Shown: positions 28,711-37,710, counted from the first letter of the stretch. The stretch is DNA of 40,617 nt from a bacterium (GCA_043809365.1 JAZDDW010000027.1:1-40617), one strand, 5' to 3'. Notes: generated by a model from the letters alone, not told the origin. Numbers and translations: made by a program.

Positions 28711-28755
28711 ACTCCTTCGGTGTGACTTACTATATTGCGCACTGTCTTGAGGATA
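28711..28755 (-). promoter_or_regulatory. Possible L10 leader (autogenous control element)
   Basis: AAGACAGTGCG...CACACCGAAGG resembles the L10-leader kink-turn core; TACAAT lies upstream. Confidence 0.4.
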
Positions 28756-28774
28756 GGGGTATTGTAGCAGGCAA

Positions 28775-29752
28775 CTAGTTAAGTTGCAACTTGATCCCGG
28801 GGGACATGGTACTGGCGAGGACGGCTTTGCCGATATTCTTGGGTTTGACGGCAGAGAGGAGTGCCTGGATATTGGCCACAAGTTCGTCCTCAGCTTGGTT
28901 GATTTTGCCGACGGTAATATGCATGATCGGGAACTTGGGTTCGGCTTTGACCACCGTTTTGCCCGCGGCAAACTCCTTGGCCTTGGCCTCGGGGTTGGGG
29001 GTCACAGTACCGGCTTTGGGGGAGGGCATAAGGCCTTTGGGGCCCAGAACTTTGGCAAATTTGGCCAGCTTGGGCATGAATGAGGGGTGAGTGACCAAGA
29101 TATCAAACTCGAGTTTACCAGCCTCGATATCCTTGAGGAGTTCGTCAGAGACAATGGCGACACGTTTGGCTTCCCCGGCCATATGGGGGAAAGTCAGTTC
29201 GACCCGAGTGGGAGCATCTTTGCCGGTTAAGTTAAGGTGAACGGTGACGGTGCTGACAAATTTGGTAATATTGGTTTTTTTGAGAAGTTTAACGGCATCG
29301 GTGATACTGTAGAGCTGGGTACGGTCAATCTGGGACTTGGCGGCGAGGATGGCCTTGCCGTTTTTAAAGTCATGGCGTTTGTTGGCAGGACGGGGGCCAG
29401 TGGATTCCTTGAGGGTCTCTCCTCCCAGCTCTGCTGTCCCGACTTGGCCTTCGGCCAGGTCTCCCTCCTTTGCTGGAGCTACGGCGGGCAGGCCTGTTGA
29501 GGAGAGACCCTGGGGAACAGATAGATCAGGAGAATATTTAGTCCTAATTTCTTCGAGACCGTTTTCAAAGATACCCTCAAGGGCAGTGATATCGCCGTCG
29601 GTCATGTTCGTCAGCTGTTCGGGCTTGACGCGAGCAGTACGCAAGGCTTCCGCGACAGCCGGAGAGAGGTCTGTATAGAGCTCTTCCCAGATAGTCATGG
29701 ATTTTTGTTTCTTAGGAGCTACTTTACCAGTTGTATCTTTGCGTTTGCCCAT
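28775..29752 (-). CDS. rplA: 50S ribosomal protein L1 with a long N-terminal extension
   Basis: LGPKGLMPSPKAGTVT and STMSPGI; roughly 120 extra N-terminal residues. Confidence 0.93.
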   Translation of the reverse strand: MGKRKDTTGKVAPKKQKSMTIWEELYTDLSPAVAEALRTARVKPEQLTNMTDGDITALEGIFENGLEEIRTKYSPDLSVPQGLSSTGLPAVAPAKEGDLAEGQVGTAELGGETLKESTGPRPANKRHDFKNGKAILAAKSQIDRTQLYSITDAVKLLKKTNITKFVSTVTVHLNLTGKDAPTRVELTFPHMAGEAKRVAIVSDELLKDIEAGKLEFDILVTHPSFMPKLAKFAKVLGPKGLMPSPKAGTVTPNPEAKAKEFAAGKTVVKAEPKFPIMHITVGKINQAEDELVANIQALLSAVKPKNIGKAVLASTMSPGIKLQLN

Positions 29753-29822
29753 ATGATTTTCTCCTTAAGGTCTCGGCTAGGCCGGACTCAAGTAATAATG
29801 AATTAGTGGGTGAATTGTAGCA

Positions 29823-30434
29823 TCAAGACGTACTAATGTCGATGAGGCTCCGGAGAATTGTATCTTTGTCAGTTTCAAATCCAGGCATCCATTCGATTTC
29901 TTCGCGATAGGAAATATCTTTGTGATAAGCGAGTTGTTCGCGAAATAATCTTGAGTTAAATTCACCAATACCAAATAATTCTTCGGCTTTATTGATAATC
30001 TCTTTGAGAGTATGATGCTGAAAAATAAAATATAAATCCGCGTAATCTTTCCATTTGTTTCTCTGGCCCATGGCAAAGGCTTTCATGGCGCCAATCGTCA
30101 AATCATCTGGCATGCTGATATATTTGTCAAACCATTGCGGGTGAGTGATTGGATATTGAAAATGGAAAAAAGTTGTTTTGATTTGATCAAGGATCATGGT
30201 AAATTCTCCAACCGATTCGATGTGAACATTATCAATTTTGTGTTGTGAGCGGATCTTCTGGCGTATTAATCGATTTGAGAATGACACAGAGCTAAATAAG
30301 TCAAAATCAAGCGAGCGACGATGACCATATTGGAGGGCCAAAGCTGTGCCTCCTACCAAATAAAAATCTGAGGAGAATTTTTGAATAAGTGGTAGGAGTA
30401 ATGCTTGTTCAGGCGTAAGAATATTTGGGTGCAT
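29823..30434 (-). CDS. AbiEii-family nucleotidyltransferase
   Basis: FYLVGGTALALQYGHRRSLDFDLF and RNKWKDYADLY. Confidence 0.88.
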   Translation of the reverse strand: MHPNILTPEQALLLPLIQKFSSDFYLVGGTALALQYGHRRSLDFDLFSSVSFSNRLIRQKIRSQHKIDNVHIESVGEFTMILDQIKTTFFHFQYPITHPQWFDKYISMPDDLTIGAMKAFAMGQRNKWKDYADLYFIFQHHTLKEIINKAEELFGIGEFNSRLFREQLAYHKDISYREEIEWMPGFETDKDTILRSLIDISTS

Positions 30435-30708
30435 AGCGATCAAAGTAGTGCGAATAATAGTTGCGAGCTAGTTTGTGAAGATTGGATCTGGGTTGAGCAT
30501 TGTGCCAGGCGAAAATCGCGGCAGTTTTATCCATGCCTAGAATTGTGATTAAATGCTGAGTTTGTTCCCAGGAGCCATAGTTGAGCACGGCCTCGACCAC
30601 GGAGCGAATATCTAGAGTGTCATAGGACTTGGTATACCAGATGAGAGATGGGTCCTGGCGAATGATATCTTGAGCCGCTTTGAGCTGGTTTTTTGGCAAA
30701 TCAAACAT
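30409..30708 (-). CDS. Small putative antitoxin partner (DUF6922-like)
   Basis: LIWY...VVEAVLNYGSWE; overlaps the NTase gene and has its own TATAAT. Confidence 0.7.
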   Translation of the reverse strand: MFDLPKNQLKAAQDIIRQDPSLIWYTKSYDTLDIRSVVEAVLNYGSWEQTQHLITILGMDKTAAIFAWHNAQPRSNLHKLARNYYSHYFDRYAPKYSYA

Positions 30709-30726
30709 GGGTATATTATAGCAAAA

Positions 30727-31155
30727 TTACCCTTCGACTTCGACTCCCATGCTACGAGCTGTGCCAGCGACCGATTTCATGGCAGAGGCAAGGGAAGTAG
30801 TGTTTAAGTCTGGCATTTTATCTTTGGCAATTTTCTCTAGTTGGGTTTGGGTGAGTTTGCCTACCTTGGTTTTGTTGGGAGTGCCCGAGCCTAATTTGAG
30901 TTTGAGTTCCTGCTTAATCATCTCAGAGACTGGGGGGAGTTTGATGATAAAAGTGAAGGTGCGATCTTCGTAGATCGTAATTTCGGCGGGAGTCTTTTGG
31001 CCTTTTTTGTCTTGGGTGGCTTTGTTGTATTGGTTGACAAACTCCATGATGTTGACGCCATGCTGACCTAGAGCAGGGCCTATGGGAGGGGCAGGAGTGG
31101 CGGCGCCGCCAATGGGGAAAACTTTGATAATTGTCTTGATTTTCTTTTTTGCCAT
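30727..31155 (-). CDS. rplK: 50S ribosomal protein L11
   Basis: [21 protein letters not shown] and GTARSMG. Confidence 0.98.
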   Translation of the reverse strand: MAKKKIKTIIKVFPIGGAATPAPPIGPALGQHGVNIMEFVNQYNKATQDKKGQKTPAEITIYEDRTFTFIIKLPPVSEMIKQELKLKLGSGTPNKTKVGKLTQTQLEKIAKDKMPDLNTTSLASAMKSVAGTARSMGVEVEG

Positions 31156-31162
31156 AAGGGTA

Positions 31163-31777
31163 TTATATCTTAGACACCTGGGCGAAGTCTAGCTCGACTG
31201 GGGTTTCGCGACCGAAGATAGAGACCAAAACCGAGAGTTTGCCCTTGGTTTCGTCAATATGGTCGACAGTACCCAGGAAGTCAGTGAAAGGACCTTCCAC
31301 GATCTTGACGGCTTCGCCGGCAGAGAAAGTACTCTTGTATTTGGGAGCCTGGACTTCCATGAACTTCATGATGGTATCAACTTCGCGCTGGGGGATGGGG
31401 GTGGGGCGCTTGCCGATACTACCAATAAAAGCAGTGACACCTTGGGTAGTGCGGACGGCCAGCCAGGACTGATCATCGACAATCATTTTGATCAAGATAT
31501 AACCGGGGAGGATCTTTTCCTTGATGGTTTTCTTCTGACCTTTTTTGACCTGGATTTTGTCTTGTGCGGGGATAACCACTTCAAAAATTTTGCCTTCAAC
31601 GTGCATGCTCTCGATGCGGATTTTGAGCTGTTCGGCCACTTTGAGTTCGTGCCCGCTATAGGTGTGAACGACATACCACTTGGCTTTGGCGGATAAGACC
31701 TCACTGGTGTCATAGATGACGTGGTAGGGGTTGGGAACTTTGACTTCGGACAAGATGTCGCTCGTATCTTCTGGCAT
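31163..31777 (-). CDS. nusG: Transcription termination/antitermination factor NusG
   Basis: [23 protein letters not shown] and [10 protein letters not shown]. Confidence 0.97.
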   Translation of the reverse strand: MPEDTSDILSEVKVPNPYHVIYDTSEVLSAKAKWYVVHTYSGHELKVAEQLKIRIESMHVEGKIFEVVIPAQDKIQVKKGQKKTIKEKILPGYILIKMIVDDQSWLAVRTTQGVTAFIGSIGKRPTPIPQREVDTIMKFMEVQAPKYKSTFSAGEAVKIVEGPFTDFLGTVDHIDETKGKLSVLVSIFGRETPVELDFAQVSKI

Positions 31778-31856
31778 GATTAATTTTCCTATACTAAATA
31801 ACTAATTATTTGGGGGAACTTGTCAAGTATAACACATGGGTGGGAAAAGAAAAAGG

Positions 31857-32309
31857 TCAAGTTTGGGCGAAACCAAGCCTGGCTTGGAGGGTCAGGAGAA
31901 GAATGGTTTCTTCGTCACTAGCGAAGATTTCTTTAATCTGGGAAGCGGGTATTGGGAGCCTAGTTTGTTCGAGGTAAGATTGTAGGGTGAGTTGGGGGGT
32001 TAGAGTAATAATTTGGAGTTGGTCAAGTCGAAGTAGACCCCGGTCACACATTTCTCGCAAGGCCCAAAAACCGAATAATCGATATCGTTTTTGTCATATA
32101 TTTAACAACCCAATGTCGTTACCGGAGTATCCTATATCTTCTGGATCGACGACCAGAAGATCAAAGTCGCGTTTTCGGAGTTGAGGAATGATTTCCCCGG
32201 TAAGAGGATTGGTTGTGGTGAAGAGGAGTAAGTTGTCGTCGTAAATGGGCGGATAGAGGTGACCATAGGTTTCTCGACTAAGGGCGGAGATTACGAGAGG
32301 ATGTCTCAT
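31857..32309 (-). pseudogene. 150-codon ORF interrupted by one in-frame TGA (32094-32096)
   Basis: The 71-aa and 67-aa ORFs are in the same frame: ...GLLNI*QKRYRLFGFWALREM... Confidence 0.55.
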
Positions 32310-32358
32310 ATGAGTTTATTGTATCTTAGTAGTCAAGGCTCCCGGAGTGGAGGGTGAA

Positions 32359-32577
32359 TTAGGCAAAGACGGAAGTGGTGGCGGGGGAGGCGATCTTGAG
32401 TTTTTTCTCGATCTTGCGGAGGCGTTTGTCGTGTTGGTTGACTTTGGTTTTGGTGAGCGTATGTTCCTGATCACTACGAGTGACTATCTTGAGAACTCGA
32501 TCAATCTTGATTTCAATGCGATCAACTTCTTCTTTAAATATTTCTTGGATAGTGAGTTTATCGTCGTTGGTGAGCAT
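32359..32577 (-). CDS. Small coiled-coil hypothetical protein
   Basis: 72-aa ORF directly downstream of secE. Confidence 0.6.
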   Translation of the reverse strand: MLTNDDKLTIQEIFKEEVDRIEIKIDRVLKIVTRSDQEHTLTKTKVNQHDKRLRKIEKKLKIASPATTSVFA

Positions 32578-32592
32578 GATTTTATTTAAGCA

Positions 32593-32772
32593 TTATTTGA
32601 GAAATAATCCAAGGAGATTGGTGAAGAGAACGTCGAGACCACCGACATAGAGACCCACGGCGAGAGAAGCTACAATAATAATCACGGTCAGCTTGGTGGC
32701 TTCGGCGCGAGTTGGCCAGGTGACCTTGCCGAGTTCAAGACGAACTTCGCGTAGGTATTGCAAAATATTCAT
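32593..32772 (-). CDS. secE: Preprotein translocase subunit SecE (not in the ORF track)
   Basis: Hand translation MNILQYLREVRLELGKVTWPTRAEATKLTVIII...GLDVLF; upstream of nusG. Confidence 0.95.
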   Translation of the reverse strand: MNILQYLREVRLELGKVTWPTRAEATKLTVIIIVASLAVGLYVGGLDVLFTNLLGLFLK

Positions 32773-32798
32773 AGTATATATCGTACCACAGTTTTATT

Positions 32799-32876
32799 AG
32801 GGTCTGACCTGGTCTCGTTCTTGTAGATGCTCGACTAAACACTCACTACGTTCGTCTCCTTAGCAGGTCAGACCCT
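32799..32876. repeat. REP doublet AGGGTCTGACCTG...CAGGTCAGACCCT between secE and frr
   Basis: Perfect 13-bp inverted repeat with a 52-nt spacer. Confidence 0.78.
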
Positions 32877-32952
32877 CTCATCTACGTCTGATGTCTGGAG
32901 TTGGTCATTGCAGGTCTCTCCACCTTTGCGTTTTTATGCTAACATACATTTG

Positions 32953-33510
32953 ATGAGCGACGTAATACTAGATCGACTAAAGCTACGACTGGAGGCGACT
33001 CTTGAAGTGGTGAGGAAGGACTTGGGAAGCGTGCGAACTGGGCGAGCCAAACCATCACTGGTCGAAGATGTGAAGGTTGAGGCCTATGGCGTGGTCATGA
33101 CCATCAAGGAACTGGCGACTATTTCGGCACCGGACACCTCACTTATTTTGATTGCGCCGTGGGATAAGGGCTTGGTTGCCGCCATATCTACGGGGATACA
33201 AAAAGCGGGGCTCAATATCCAGCCGATAGTTGATGGGGATACAGTGAAGATCTCTATTCCCTCGCTTACCCAAGAGAGGCGAGAGGAACTAGTCAAGTTG
33301 GTGCATCAGAAGATTGAGGCGGGGCGCGTGATGGTGAGGGGAGTGCGGACAGAAATCAAAGAGGAGATCGAAGCCCAAGAGGGAGAGGCAGGAATTAGCG
33401 AAGATAGTATCAAGATGTGGTTGAGTACGATGCAAAAGACCATTGAGGAATATATGACCAAGCTTGATGCAATAGCCCAAGAAAAAGAAAAGGAGCTCAT
33501 GGCGCTATGA
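32953..33510 (+). CDS. frr: Ribosome recycling factor
   Basis: VRTGRAKP, IAPWDK, PSLTQERREELVK and KEKELM. Confidence 0.96.
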   Translation: MSDVILDRLKLRLEATLEVVRKDLGSVRTGRAKPSLVEDVKVEAYGVVMTIKELATISAPDTSLILIAPWDKGLVAAISTGIQKAGLNIQPIVDGDTVKISIPSLTQERREELVKLVHQKIEAGRVMVRGVRTEIKEEIEAQEGEAGISEDSIKMWLSTMQKTIEEYMTKLDAIAQEKEKELMAL

Positions 33511-34397
33511 AAAAAGTTAGAAAAGCCGTCATCCCAGCGGCCGGGTTTGGGACGCGCTTCTTGCCACAAACCAAGGCGATGCCCAAGGAAATGCTGCCGA
33601 TTGTGGATAAACCGATTATCCAGTATGTGGTGGAGGAGCTGGTGGAGGCGGGGATCACTGACATTATTATTGTGACCGGGTACCATAAGCGGACGATCGA
33701 AGACCATTTTGACGCCCCGAGCCGTGATCTGGTTGAGAACCTGGTGATGGGGGGACCCAAGAAAAAGGAGATGCTCGATAACCTGCAAGGCATCTCCGAG
33801 ATGGCCAACTTTGTGTATGTGCGACAAAAGGGCCCCTATGGGAACGGCACACCCCTTATGAACGTGCGACACCTTGTGGGTAACGAACCATTTATTTACG
33901 CCTGGAGTGATGATTTTGTGGTGGCCACTCCGTCGCGGTTTAGACAGTTGATTGCGGCCTACCAAAAATATGGAGTGTCATGTCTAGGATCAATTCGCGC
34001 CAAGAGTGACGAAGATTATAATCGCTACGGATTTGTGGGGGGAGAAGAGATCGAGCCTGGGGTGATTGACGCCAAAGTAATTATTGAAAAGCCAGGGAAG
34101 GTGAGCGCACCTTCGGATCTAGGTAATGTGTCGGGTTTCTTATTTACCCCAGATATTTTTGAGTACTTAGAACAAGCGGCGGAAAATCTCAATTTGGGCC
34201 AGGAACTATACTATAACAATGCATTGCAACTGATGTTGGCAGATGGGAAACGAGTATTGGCAGTTGAGATTAAAGGCGGCAAATACTACGATACGGGAAA
34301 TAAAATGGAATATCTAAAGACCGTAGTCGAGTTTGCGCTCAAACGGCCTGACATCAACGGGGAGTTCCGCGCGTATCTCAAGGAATTGGTCAAGTAA
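33507..34397 (+). CDS. galU: UTP--glucose-1-phosphate uridylyltransferase
   Basis: KAVIPAAGFGTRFLPQTKAMPKEMLPIVDKP. Confidence 0.94.
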   Translation: MKKVRKAVIPAAGFGTRFLPQTKAMPKEMLPIVDKPIIQYVVEELVEAGITDIIIVTGYHKRTIEDHFDAPSRDLVENLVMGGPKKKEMLDNLQGISEMANFVYVRQKGPYGNGTPLMNVRHLVGNEPFIYAWSDDFVVATPSRFRQLIAAYQKYGVSCLGSIRAKSDEDYNRYGFVGGEEIEPGVIDAKVIIEKPGKVSAPSDLGNVSGFLFTPDIFEYLEQAAENLNLGQELYYNNALQLMLADGKRVLAVEIKGGKYYDTGNKMEYLKTVVEFALKRPDINGEFRAYLKELVK

Positions 34398-34399
34398 AA

Positions 34400-35128
34400 C
34401 TAGGGTTGGTGCCACTCACCAAAGCCGTAGTTGGTGTAAGAGAGGACGTGTTCGGGTGAGTAGGTGTCGGATTCTAGGATGGCGAGGAGAGTGGTAGCGG
34501 TCCAGTCTGGGGTGAGATAAACTTTACCACTATGTTGCTTGGCTAATTTCTCCTTCATCGACCAAGGTCCAAACTCGGTTAGGACAGAATCGAGAGCAAT
34601 GTGAACAAAGTGCGGATTTTTCTGTGCATATTCTTGCGCCAGACAGAGGGTAAGACCGCGGAGCGCGAATTTGGTAGAGTTGTAGGTAGAGCGACCGGGT
34701 TTGGGGATGACGCCGGCAAGGGAGCCAATGTTGACAACTAATGAATCGGGAGATTTTTCCAGCAAGGGCATGAGATCGCGGGACAGAATCAGAGGAGCGT
34801 GGACATTGAGTTCGTAGGAGCTGTACCAATCTTGATCAGAAATTTCGGGGAGATCGGTGTAGAGACCAATCCCAGCATTATTGATCAGGATGTCTAATTG
34901 GCGGTGCGAGGCGATAATTTGGGCAAGAACTTGTTGGCGCGAGGAGGGACTTGAGAGATCGCAAGCATATGTTGTTGCCTGTAGTTTTTGACCGAGCGCA
35001 TCTAATTTGACAGAGTTGCGCCCCAGGAGAATAAGATGGGCGCCACACTCAAATAGTTTTTGGGCGAGGACCGAACCGATCCCGCCCGTCGCGCCTGTAA
35101 CTAGAATAGTTTTGTCTGTTAGATTCAT
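34400..35128 (-). CDS. SDR family oxidoreductase
   Basis: TGATGGIG, NNAG and YNSTK. True start is ATG 35128; the ORF-track extension runs through tRNA-Tyr. Confidence 0.9.
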   Translation of the reverse strand: MNLTDKTILVTGATGGIGSVLAQKLFECGAHLILLGRNSVKLDALGQKLQATTYACDLSSPSSRQQVLAQIIASHRQLDILINNAGIGLYTDLPEISDQDWYSSYELNVHAPLILSRDLMPLLEKSPDSLVVNIGSLAGVIPKPGRSTYNSTKFALRGLTLCLAQEYAQKNPHFVHIALDSVLTEFGPWSMKEKLAKQHSGKVYLTPDWTATTLLAILESDTYSPEHVLSYTNYGFGEWHQP

Positions 35129-35213
35129 GGTGCTGAGGATAGGATTCGAACCTATGTAGCCGTGAAGCAGCAGATTTACAGTCTGCCCTCGTTGACCGCT
35201 TGAGTACCTCAGC
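35128..35213 (-). tRNA. tRNA-Tyr(GTA) with encoded CCA
   Basis: Acceptor GCTGAGG/CCTCAGC, anticodon arm GCAGA-CTGTAAA-TCTGC, long variable arm. Confidence 0.95.
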
Positions 35214-35246
35214 AATCGATACTTATTACATTGTAAACGAATTTTG

Positions 35247-35319
35247 AGCCAACGTCGGGGATCGAACCCGAGACCTCATTCTTACCAAGAATGCGCTCTA
35301 CCAACTGAGCTACGTCGGC
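35247..35319 (-). tRNA. tRNA-Thr(GGT)
   Basis: Acceptor GCCGACG/CGTTGGC, anticodon arm CATTC-TTGGTAA-GAATG. Confidence 0.95.
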
Positions 35320-35362
35320 TTCTGATTTAGCTATTATCTATCAAGTGTTACAATTTTACTAG

Positions 35363-36892
35363 ATGAAAACAGATTGGCAAGAAGATCTACTGATTACTAG
35401 TCAGAATAAGAGACGAGGATATCAAGGGGAGGGAACCACGAGTTCAAGAAGTGTGCGAGTGAGGGTACGGATAGTGTGGAGTTTGTACACCATAATCGTG
35501 GCGGTGATTATTGCCAAGATAGTTTATCTACAAACGGTCGAACGAGGGCAACACGTGCTATCGGCCGAGTCTAACCATGTAGAACTCAAGCGAGAGGTGG
35601 CGCCGCGAGGAGTGATTAATGATCGACGAGGGGTGGGATTGGTGAGAGACCAGGCTACTGCGCCGATTGTGGGATACATAAGCGAGGTCAAGAAAGAAGA
35701 GATTGGCTGTAGAGATGGTCTTTGCTACCAGAGTGGGATGATGATTGGGAGGGCAGGGCTAGAACAGATATTTGAAAGTAGTTTACGGGGGAGGGATGGA
35801 GGGAGGCTAGTCGAGACTGATGCCGGGGGAATCGAGGTACGAGAACTAGGGAGTAACCAAGCAGAGGCAGGAACGGATATAAAGCTCTCTATGGATGGCC
35901 GACTACAGGAGATCATGTATAGCGCACTGGGTGGGAGAAAAGGATCAGCGGTAGCGATGGACACCCAAGGACGAGTATTGGGATTGGTCTCGTCTCCCTC
36001 ATACGACCCCAACAAGATTACGGATTATTTGAGCGATAAAGAGAATTTGTATTTTTTTAACCGAGCGATTAGTGGTACATATGCGCCGGGATCGGTGTTT
36101 AAATTGGTGACTGGTCTGGCAGGCTTGACAGAGGGGAAAATTAGCCAGACCACAGAGTACGAAGATACCGGAGAGATCAGGGTCGGGGATTATCGTTACG
36201 GGAACTGGTATTTTGACCAGTATGGGGGCAAGGAGGGCAAGATTGATCTGGTCCGGGCTTATGCCAGGTCCAACGATATTTATTTTTACAAAGTGGGCGA
36301 GGAGGTGGGGGTGGACTCTCTGGTCAGATGGGCGCGTCGGTTTGGGCTCGGAGAGAAAACAGGAATTGAGCTACCGGGGGAGGCGGCTGGATTGGTACCC
36401 GACCGATTGTGGAAAGAGCGCAAAACAGGAGAGAAGTGGTTCTTGGGCAATACTTATCACCTCTCAATCGGGCAAGGAGATCTACTCGTGACTCCCTTGC
36501 AGGTGGCGAGAATGACGCTCTCGGCGATCTCGGGACGTAAATGTAGCGTGACATTGCTGGCCGACAAAGTCGTAGAGTGTAGTGATTTGGGGCTAAAAAC
36601 TGAGGATATCAATCTGGTGAGGGAGGGGATGAGACAAGCGTGCAGTAGCGGGGGAACGGCATTCCCACTTTTTCAGTTTGATCCGTATGTGCTGTGTAAG
36701 ACAGGGACGGCGCAACACAGCGGACAATTGACCGAGAAAGACTTGCCCCACGCCTGGATTACAGTAGCCTACCCGGGAGAGAATCCAGAGATGATCCTGA
36801 CGGTGATGCTCGAGGCCGCGGGTGAGGGATCGGCCGAGGCTGGACCTGTGGCTAAGGAAATTTTGACTAAGTGGAAAGAGATGGGAGAATGA
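35363..36892 (+). CDS. mrdA: Class B penicillin-binding protein (PBP2-like)
   Basis: PGSVFK (SxxK), SND (SxN position) and KTGT; N-terminal TM helix. Confidence 0.85.
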   Translation: MKTDWQEDLLITSQNKRRGYQGEGTTSSRSVRVRVRIVWSLYTIIVAVIIAKIVYLQTVERGQHVLSAESNHVELKREVAPRGVINDRRGVGLVRDQATAPIVGYISEVKKEEIGCRDGLCYQSGMMIGRAGLEQIFESSLRGRDGGRLVETDAGGIEVRELGSNQAEAGTDIKLSMDGRLQEIMYSALGGRKGSAVAMDTQGRVLGLVSSPSYDPNKITDYLSDKENLYFFNRAISGTYAPGSVFKLVTGLAGLTEGKISQTTEYEDTGEIRVGDYRYGNWYFDQYGGKEGKIDLVRAYARSNDIYFYKVGEEVGVDSLVRWARRFGLGEKTGIELPGEAAGLVPDRLWKERKTGEKWFLGNTYHLSIGQGDLLVTPLQVARMTLSAISGRKCSVTLLADKVVECSDLGLKTEDINLVREGMRQACSSGGTAFPLFQFDPYVLCKTGTAQHSGQLTEKDLPHAWITVAYPGENPEMILTVMLEAAGEGSAEAGPVAKEILTKWKEMGE

Positions 36893-36922
36893 CTTTAAGG
36901 GAGTCTCCCTTAAAGTCATTCT
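36886..36922. repeat. REP palindrome at the RAYT 3' end
   Basis: AGAATGACTTTAAGGGAG-T-CTCCCTTAAAGTCATTCT, perfect 18-bp arms containing both convergent stop codons. Confidence 0.92.
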
Positions 36923-37587
36923 AAGGTGAGTTGTGGAGTATCATTTAGTTCCGAAACTGACTCTTCGACAAAGGATCGATAGCTGTTTTTTGGATTTGTT
37001 TGAGAAAAATATGTGATAACGTTGTCAGTATGAATCCATGATTGATTAATTATTCTGAGATAGTTGCGATAGCTAGAGTATGGATACTCGGAAAGTTTGG
37101 TTGTCAGCTCAAGTGGATTACGGTGAATATATTTGGTGAGATAAAGGAATTGTTGCTCTTCATGAATCAGAACAGCCTTGTAAGTTCCTTGAAAGAGTTT
37201 TCCTACACGTTTGTATTTTTTATTGAAATACATAGAATATTTGGTGGCTAATGAGCGCATAAAATAACTGATAGCCATTCGATCAGTCTGACGAATACAG
37301 AGATGAAAGTGATTGGGCATTAGACAATAGGCAACAAGTTCAATTCTGCCAGTATGGTTCTTTGGTTGTTGAGAGGGGTAGTAAATATAGGTTCTTTCTT
37401 CCTTGATGACTTTAAGGGAGACTCCCTTAAAGTGAAGAGGAATGGGGGTAAGGTAGAATTTAAGATCAGCAAGGAAAGCGACATAATCGTCATGGTCTTG
37501 GAAAATGGTGCGTTTTTCGACCCCACGATTATATATGTGATAGTAGCTGTCGTCGACGTATGTTTTGAGACTATTCTTTGGAGGCAT
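36916..37587 (-). mobile_element. REP-associated tyrosine transposase (RAYT, Y1 HUH family)
   Basis: YHIYNRG, YCLMPNHFH (HUH), LFQGTYK, YIHRNP and YPYSS; flanked by identical palindromes. Confidence 0.9.
37409..37433. repeat. REP palindrome inside the RAYT coding sequence
   Basis: ACTTTAAGGGAG-A-CTCCCTTAAAGT, translated as FKGVSLKV. Confidence 0.92.
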
Positions 37588-37611
37588 TAGTTAAAATATA
37601 TCATTTTCGTG

Positions 37612-37636
37612 ACTTTAAGGGAGTCTCCCTTAAAGT
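37612..37636. repeat. REP palindrome upstream of RAYT, abutting the tRNA-Thr 3' end
   Basis: ACTTTAAGGGAG-T-CTCCCTTAAAGT. Confidence 0.92.
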
Positions 37637-37637
37637 G

Positions 37638-37710
37638 AGCCACCTCTGGGACTCGAACCCAGCACCTACGGTTTACAAAACCGTTGCTCTACCACATGAG
37701 CTAAGGTGGC
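37638..37710 (-). tRNA. tRNA-Thr(TGT)
   Basis: Acceptor GCCACCT/AGGTGGC, anticodon arm ACGGT-TTTGTAA-ACCGT. Confidence 0.95.

Noticed and set aside
32094-32096. TGA recoding (genetic code 25 or selenocysteine)
   Set aside because: TGA terminates many conserved genes here (atpA, atpG, atpD, frr, dus), and no SECIS-like context was recognised.
32775-32950. tRNA-Trp expected upstream of secE, or another structured ncRNA
   Set aside because: No cloverleaf could be built; the visible structure is explained by the REP doublet.
35129-35215. ORF-track N-terminal extension of the SDR, and the many antisense ORFs in the track
   Set aside because: The extension is read through tRNA-Tyr. The antisense ORFs shadow well-supported genes and have no recognisable motifs.
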